From a virus, in the UHGV virus genome UHGV-1964375: a stretch of 12,612 nucleotides of DNA. The stretch is one strand, 5' to 3'. The translations under genes and the position numbers were made by a program. Below are positions 7,756-12,612 of the stretch, piece by piece. Positions within the stretch are counted from its first letter, which is position 1. Every line of letters starts with the position of its first letter. Below the pieces are notes generated by a model. The model saw only the letters and a list, made by a program, of their open reading frames with translations, did no database searches and had not been told where the DNA came from.

Positions 7756-8196
7756 ATGAAAAAACTAACCTTTGAAATTCGATCTCCTGCACATCAGCAA
7801 AACGCTATTCACGCAGTACAGCAAATTCTTCCAGACCCAACCAAACCAATCGTAGTAACCATTCAGGAACGCAACCGCAGCTTAGACCAAAACAGGAAGC
7901 TATGGGCCTGCTTAGGTGACGTCTCTCGTCAGGTTGAATGGCATGGTCGCTGGCTGGATGCAGAAAGCTGGAAGTGTGTGTTTACCGCAGCATTAAAGCA
8001 GCAGGACGTTGTTCCTAACCTTGCCGGGAATGGTTTTGTGGTAATAGGCCAGTCAACCAGCAGGATGCGTGTAAGCGAATTTGCGGAGTTATTAGAGCTT
8101 ATACAGGCATTCGGTACAGAGCGTGGCGTTAAGTGGTCAGACGAAGCGCGACTGGCTCTGGAGTGGAAAGCGCGATGGGGAGACCGGGCAGCATGA
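7756..8196 (+). CDS. ninB: NinB (146 aa)
   Basis: [66 protein letters not shown]... matches lambda NinB as I recall it. Internal start of ORF 7738..8196. Confidence 0.9.
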   Translation: MKKLTFEIRSPAHQQNAIHAVQQILPDPTKPIVVTIQERNRSLDQNRKLWACLGDVSRQVEWHGRWLDAESWKCVFTAALKQQDVVPNLAGNGFVVIGQSTSRMRVSEFAELLELIQAFGTERGVKWSDEARLALEWKARWGDRAA

Positions 8197-8366
8197 TGCG
8201 ATGTTATCGGTGCGGTGAATGCAAAGAAGATAACCGCTTCCGACCAAATCAACCTTACTGGAATCGATGGTGTCTCCGGTGTGAAAGAACACCAACAGGG
8301 GTGTTACCACTACCGCAGGAAAAGGAGGACGTGTGGCGAGACAGCGACGAAGTATCACCGACATAA
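8193..8366 (+). CDS. ninD: NinD (57 aa, Cys-rich)
   Basis: [36 protein letters not shown]... The ATG overlaps the ninB stop (ATGA). Confidence 0.8.
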
Positions 8367-8509
8367 TCTGTGAAAACTGCAAATACCTTCCAACGAAACG
8401 CTCCAGAAATAAACGCAAGCCAATCCCAAAAGAATCTGACGTAAAAACCTTCAACTACACGGCTCACCTGTGGGATATCCGGTGGCTAAGACATCGTGCG
8501 AGGAAATGA
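8333..8509 (+). CDS. ninE: NinE (58 aa; GTG start)
   Basis: My own translation: (V/M)[65 protein letters not shown] is 4 nt before the GTG. There is no in-frame ATG upstream before a stop. Confidence 0.7.
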
Positions 8510-8913
8510 CAATGCTTTTAATTCAACCTGGATTTGGCCTTAGCATCAAAAAAGGCCACATGTTTGGCGAGAAAGAGTCTCAACGAAAAATGGTGCTTAT
8601 CAAGTTGCCATTTATCAGTATTTGTTGGCTAAACAGGGAGGCCGCAAATTATTTGTCTACATGCGCCAGAGCAGCATTTAACGACCCTGAGTGGTTTGTA
8701 GAAAACCATCACGCTGTTCGTCAGGCAAAGAGAAAGGCCAAAACGACATACATGAAGGCGTATCGAAAAGCATGGAAAGAACACCGCGATCGATACCAAC
8801 AAGACATGGAAAAGCTTGAATCAGAAAACATGGAATTAAGACGAAAGCTCGGTGAAACAAAACGAGACATTGATGCTTACAAGCGACTTTTTAATGGTGA
8901 AAGCCATGCTTAG
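8506..8913 (+). CDS. hypothetical nin-region protein (135 aa) with a basic, coiled-coil-like C-terminus
   Basis: Internal Met of ORF 8470..8913; the ATG overlaps the ninE stop (ATGA). Not a lambda nin protein that I recognise. Confidence 0.55.
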
Positions 8914-9091
8914 CCCATCCCAATCCCTTCAATACCAGAAAGAAAGCGTCGAGCGGGCTTTAACGTGCGCTAACTGCGGTCAGAAGCTGCATGTGCTGGA
9001 AGTTCACGTGTGTGAGCGTTGTATATATGAATGCTTAAATATGGTGGAACATAATGAGAAATATAAGCAACATAGACGAATTAAGAAATAA
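8906..9091 (+). CDS. ninF: NinF-like protein with insertion-derived C-terminus (disrupted ninF, 5' part)
   Basis: [39 protein letters not shown] matches the lambda NinF N-terminus as I recall it, then diverges (IYECLNMVEHNEKYKQHRRIKK) where the HNH gene is inserted. Confidence 0.6.
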   Translation: MLSPSQSLQYQKESVERALTCANCGQKLHVLEVHVCERCIYECLNMVEHNEKYKQHRRIKK

Positions 9092-9561
9092 ATTATCATA
9101 TGATGATGTTTTAGGTGTACTTAGATGGAAAGTGTCTCCTTCTAATAATGTTAAGGTTTGCAGTGTTGCTGGTTACATTAGGAGTGATGGTTATAGGATG
9201 TTAACTATCGATGGTGTAATTACTTATGCTCACCACGTTATATGGATGATAAATAATGGTGAGATTCCATTAGGGTATAAAATTGATCATATAAATGGAG
9301 TAAGGGTCAGATAATAGGCTATCTAATCTTCGATTGGTTACACACCAACAGAATGCACAGAACCAAAAGAGAAAAATAACCAATTCGTCAGGAGTGACTG
9401 GAGTATATTTCAATAAAGAGAGATGTAAGTGGATTGCGAATATATGCGTAGATGGGCGCACCAAATATCTTGGAATATTTGCTAGCATCATTGACGCTAT
9501 TGCAGAAAGGAAGAGGGCAGAAAAAGAACTGGGTTTTCATGAAAACCATGGTAGACCATAA
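9054..9561 (+). pseudogene. HNH homing endonuclease (HNH plus AP2-like DNA-binding domain) inserted in ninF; reading frame broken by a +1 shift near 9303..9306
   Basis: Frame A reads ...YAHHVIWMINNGEIPLGYKIDHINGVRVR then stop. The +1 frame from 9304 reads GSDNRLSNLRLVTHQQNAQNQKRK...SGVTGVYFNKERCKWIANICVDGRTKYLGIFASIIDAIAERKRAEKELGF. Removing one G from the GGG run would restore HINGVRSDNRLSNLR. Confidence 0.7.
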
Positions 9562-9562
9562 C

Positions 9563-9622
9563 TGCGCAGAACTGATGAGCGATCCGAATAGCTCGATGCA
9601 CGAGGAAGAAGACGATGGCTAA
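9563..9622 (+). pseudogene. ninF: ninF 3' remnant ([19 protein letters not shown])
   Basis: In frame with the ninF 5' part across a 540-bp insertion (9023..9562). Matches the C-terminus of lambda NinF as I recall it. Its stop overlaps the ninG start. Confidence 0.5.
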
Positions 9623-10226
9623 ACCAGCGCGAAGACGATGTAAAAACGATGAATGTCGGGAATGGTTTCACCCTGCATTCGCCAATCAGTGGTGGTGCTC
9701 TCCAGAGTGTGGAACCAAGATAGCACTCGAACGACGAAGCAAAGAACGCGAAAAAGCGGAAAAGGCAGCAGAGAAGAAACGACGACGAGAGGAGCAGAAA
9801 CAGAAAGATAAACTTAAGATTCGAAAACTCGCCTTAAAGCCCCGCAGTTACTGGATTAAACAAGCCCAACAAGCCGTAAACGCCTTCATCAGAGAAAGAG
9901 ACCGCGACTTACCATGTATCTCGTGCGGAACGCTCACGTCTGCTCAGTGGGATGCCGGACATTACCGGACAACTGCTGCGGCACCTCAACTCCGATTTGA
10001 TGAACGCAATATTCACAAGCAATGCGTGGTGTGCAACCAGCACAAAAGCGGAAATCTCGTTCCGTATCGCGTCGAACTGATTAATCGCATCGGGCAGGAA
10101 GCAGTAGACGAAATCGAATCAAACCATAACCGCCATCGCTGGACTGTCGAAGAGTGCAAGGCGATCAAGGCAGAGTACCAACAGAAACTCAAAGACCTGC
10201 GAAATAGCAGAAGTGAGGCCGCATGA
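9615..10226 (+). CDS. ninG: NinG / Rap recombination protein (203 aa)
   Basis: [41 protein letters not shown]... with Cys-rich motifs, matching lambda NinG as I recall it. Confidence 0.9.
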   Translation: MAKPARRRCKNDECREWFHPAFANQWWCSPECGTKIALERRSKEREKAEKAAEKKRRREEQKQKDKLKIRKLALKPRSYWIKQAQQAVNAFIRERDRDLPCISCGTLTSAQWDAGHYRTTAAAPQLRFDERNIHKQCVVCNQHKSGNLVPYRVELINRIGQEAVDEIESNHNRHRWTVEECKAIKAEYQQKLKDLRNSRSEAA

Positions 10227-10429
10227 CGTTCTCAGTAAAAACCATTCCAGACATGCTCGTTGAAGCATACGGAAACCAGACAGAAGTAGCACGCAGACTG
10301 AAATGTAGTCGCGGCACGGTAAGAAAATACGTTGATGATAAAGACGGGAAAATGCACGCCATCGTCAACGACGTTCTCATGGTTCATCGCGGATGGAGTG
10401 AAAGAGATGCGCTATTACGAAAAAATTGA
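10223..10429 (+). CDS. ninH: NinH (68 aa)
   Basis: [68 protein letters not shown]. The ATG overlaps the ninG stop. Confidence 0.85.
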   Translation: MTFSVKTIPDMLVEAYGNQTEVARRLKCSRGTVRKYVDDKDGKMHAIVNDVLMVHRGWSERDALLRKN

Positions 10430-11072
10430 TGGCAGCAAATACCGAAATATTTGGGTAGTTGGCGATCTGCACGGATGCTACACGAACCTGATGAAAAAAC
10501 TGGAGACGATAGGATTCGACACCAAAAAAGACCTTCTTATCTCGGTTGGCGATTTGGTCGATCGCGGTACAGAGAACGTTGAATGCCTGGAATTAATCAC
10601 ATTCCCCTGGTTCAGAGCTGTACGTGGAAACCATGAGCAAATGATGATTGATGGCTTATCAGAGCGTGGAAACGTTAATCACTGGCTGCTTAATGGCGGT
10701 GGCTGGTTCTTTAATCTCGATTACGACAAAGAAATTCTGGCTAAAGCTCTTGCCCATAAAGCAGATGAACTTCCGTTAATCATCGAACTGGTGAGTAAAG
10801 GAAAAAAATATGTCATCTGCCACGCCGATTATCCTTGTGATAAATACGAGTTTGGAAAGCCAGTTGATCATCAGCAGGTAATCTGGAACCGCGAACGAAT
10901 CAGCAACTCACAAGACGGGATCGTGAAAGAAATCAAAGGCGCGGACACGTTCATCTTTGGTCATACGCCAGCAGTGAAACCACTCAAATTTGCCAACCAG
11001 ATGTATATCGATACTGGCGCAGTGTTCTGCGGAAACCTCACATTGATTCAGGTACAGGGAGAAGGCGCATGA
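10407..11072 (+). CDS. ninI: NinI serine/threonine protein phosphatase (221 aa; lambda PPase family)
   Basis: [29 protein letters not shown]...GDLVDRG...RGNHE metallophosphatase motifs. Internal start of ORF 10332..11072. Confidence 0.9.
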   Translation: MRYYEKIDGSKYRNIWVVGDLHGCYTNLMKKLETIGFDTKKDLLISVGDLVDRGTENVECLELITFPWFRAVRGNHEQMMIDGLSERGNVNHWLLNGGGWFFNLDYDKEILAKALAHKADELPLIIELVSKGKKYVICHADYPCDKYEFGKPVDHQQVIWNRERISNSQDGIVKEIKGADTFIFGHTPAVKPLKFANQMYIDTGAVFCGNLTLIQVQGEGA

Positions 11073-11692
11073 GACTCGAAAGCGTAGCTAAATTTCATTC
11101 GCCAAAAAGCCCGATGATGAGCGACTCACCACGGGCTACGGCTTCTGACTCTCTTTCCGGTACTGATGTGATGGCTGCTATGGGGATGGCGCAATCACAA
11201 GCCGGATTCGGAATGGCTGCATTCTGCGGTAAGCACGAACTCAGCCAGAACGACAAACAAAAGGCTATCAACTATCTGATGCAATTTGCACACAAGGTAT
11301 CGGGGAAATACCGTGGTGTGGCAAAGCTTGAAGGAAATACTAAGGCAAAGGTACTGCAAGTGCTCGCAACATTCGCTTATGCGGATTATTGCCGTAGTGC
11401 AGCGACGCCGGGCGCAAGATGCAGGGATTGCCACGGTACAGGTCGGGCGGTTGATATTGCCAAAACAGAGCAGTGGGGGAGAGTTGTCGAGAAAGAGTGC
11501 GGAAGATGCAAAGGTGTCGGCTATTCAAGAATGCCAGCAAGCGCCGCATATCGCGCTGTAACGATGCTAATCCCAAACCTTACTCAACCCACCTGGTCAC
11601 GCACTGTTAAGCCGCTGTATGACGCTCTGGTGGTGCAATGCCACAAGGAAGAGTCAATTGCAGACAACATTTTGAACGCGGTCACACGTTAG
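11069..11692 (+). CDS. Q: late-gene antiterminator Q (207 aa)
   Basis: [48 protein letters not shown]... is essentially lambda Q over its full length. Confidence 0.95.
   Translation: MRLESVAKFHSPKSPMMSDSPRATASDSLSGTDVMAAMGMAQSQAGFGMAAFCGKHELSQNDKQKAINYLMQFAHKVSGKYRGVAKLEGNTKAKVLQVLATFAYADYCRSAATPGARCRDCHGTGRAVDIAKTEQWGRVVEKECGRCKGVGYSRMPASAAYRAVTMLIPNLTQPTWSRTVKPLYDALVVQCHKEESIADNILNAVTR
11356..11369 (-). promoter_or_regulatory. paQ-like CII binding site (TTGC-N6-TTGC) antisense within Q
   Basis: The plus strand reads GCAAGTGCTCGCAA, so the minus strand reads TTGCGAGCACTTGC. Lambda has the CII-dependent antisense promoter paQ at a comparable position. Confidence 0.45.
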
Positions 11693-11734
11693 CAGCATGA
11701 TTGCCACGGATGGCAACATATTAACGGCATAATA

Positions 11735-11763
11735 TTGACTTTTTGAATAAAGTTGGGTAAATT
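11735..11763 (+). promoter_or_regulatory. late promoter pR' (-35 TTGACT, 17-bp spacer, -10 TAAATT), with the Q-utilisation (qut) region
   Basis: TTGACTTTTTGAATAAAGTTGGGTAAATTTGAC closely resembles lambda pR' (TTGACTTATTGAATAAAATTGGGTAAATTTGAC as I recall it). Confidence 0.6.
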
Positions 11764-11798
11764 TGACCTAACGATGGATAAATGCACTCGTTAAATAA

Positions 11799-11834
11799 AG
11801 CCCTGAGTTAATAGCTCGGGGCTTTTTGCGTTTT
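11799..11834 (+). terminator. tR'-like intrinsic terminator about 60 nt downstream of the pR' start
   Basis: AGCCCTGAG-TTAATAG-CTCGGGGCT (9-bp stem with one G-U pair) followed by TTTTTGCGTTTT. Confidence 0.55.
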
Positions 11835-12125
11835 AAGCACGGCCTTTCTGAAAGCACATCAAACCAAATACCAGACAGACAAAAATAATCACCTTATCCG
11901 CTGTGGCTACGGTGCGGTGTGCTTTGCATAAAAGAAAACCAGCGCAATGGCTGGCTTCGTGAAGGCGGGTGGCAAGAGGCTGCGCTAACAACCTCCTGCC
12001 GTTTTGCCCGTGCATATCGGTCACGAACAAATCTGATTACTAAACACAGTAGCCTGGATTTGTTCTATCAGTAATCGACCTTATTCCTAAATAAATAGAG
12101 CAAATCCCCTTATTGGGGGTAAGAC

Positions 12126-12449
12126 ATGAAGATGCCAGAAAAACATGACCTGTTAGCCGCCATTCTCGCGGCAAAGGAACAAGGCATCGGGGCAATCCTT
12201 GCGTTTGCAATGGCGTACCTTCGCGGCAGATATAATGGCGGTGCGTTTACAAAAACAGTAATCGACGCAACGATGTGCGCCATTATCGCCTGGTTCATTC
12301 GTGACCTTCTCGACTTCGCCGGACTAAGTAGCAATCTTGCTTATATAACGAGCGTGTTCATCGGCTACATCGGCACTGACTCGATTGGTTCGCTTATCAA
12401 ACGCTTCGCTGCTAAAAAAGCCGGAGTAGAAGATGGTGGAAATCAATAA
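12126..12449 (+). CDS. S: holin S (class I, S107/S105 dual start)
   Basis: [64 protein letters not shown]... is near-identical to lambda S, with the Met1-Lys2-Met3 dual-start motif. Confidence 0.95.
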   Translation: MKMPEKHDLLAAILAAKEQGIGAILAFAMAYLRGRYNGGAFTKTVIDATMCAIIAWFIRDLLDFAGLSSNLAYITSVFIGYIGTDSIGSLIKRFAAKKAGVEDGGNQ

Positions 12450-12612
12450 TCAACGTAAGGCGTTCCTCGATATGCTGGCGTGGTCGGAGGGAACTGATAA
12501 CGGACGTCAGAAAACCAGAAATCATGGTTATGACGTCATTGTTGGCGGAGAGCTATTCACTGATTACTCCGATCACCCTCGCAAACTTGTCACGCTAAAC
12601 CCCAAACTCAAA
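12433..12612 (+). CDS. R: endolysin R (lytic transglycosylase), 5' part; continues beyond window
   Basis: [60 protein letters not shown] matches the lambda R N-terminus as I recall it. The start overlaps the 3' end of S. Confidence 0.9.
   Translation, partial: MVEINNQRKAFLDMLAWSEGTDNGRQKTRNHGYDVIVGGELFTDYSDHPRKLVTLNPKLK

Noticed and set aside
7679-7759. 26-codon ORF ([26 protein letters not shown]) starting right after the helicase stop
   Set aside because: It spans the tR2-like hairpin and U-tract. Its hydrophobic composition is explained by the GC-stem and T-run sequence, and it has no convincing SD.
7929-8467. Three overlapping minus-strand ORFs in the nin region
   Set aside because: They are antisense to ninB, ninD and ninE, which match known proteins.
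11833-12030. 65-aa minus-strand ORF between tR' and S
   Set aside because: It is antisense in the late leader, has no RBS, and most of its region is the lambda-like pre-S leader, so it is unlikely to be coding.
11940-12030. Imperfect inverted repeat GGCAAGAGG...CCTCCTGCC followed by GTTTT upstream of S
   Set aside because: The stem has mismatches and lies inside the late transcript that must reach S. It is probably a leader RNA structure rather than a terminator.

Overview
This window is a lambdoid (lambda-like) prophage or phage segment running from the leftward early (pL) operon to the start of the lysis cassette. Read left to right: a partial unknown gene, a Kil-like ORF, a cIII-like gene, an 82-aa acidic protein, a 121-aa membrane protein, ral, N and nutL on the minus strand; then pL/OL, a 134-aa secreted protein coupled to the cI stop, a cI/OR/cro immunity region that I recognise from memory as phage 434 type, nutR, cII and an oop-like antisense terminator; then an O-like initiator with internal iterons, an intact HNH endonuclease, a Toprim-primase/DnaB-like helicase fusion, a tR2-like terminator, ninB, ninD, ninE, a 135-aa unknown, a ninF split by a second (frameshifted) HNH endonuclease, ninG, ninH, ninI, Q, pR'/tR', holin S and the start of endolysin R. 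I found no tRNA, rRNA, CRISPR array or transposase. All protein identities are recalled from sequence, not searched, so they need BLAST/HMM confirmation. The candidates for something new are the accessory genes in mosaic positions: the cI-coupled secreted protein in the rex position, the acidic and membrane proteins of the pL operon, micro-ORFs in the N leader and between cII and O, and the two homing-endonuclease insertions.
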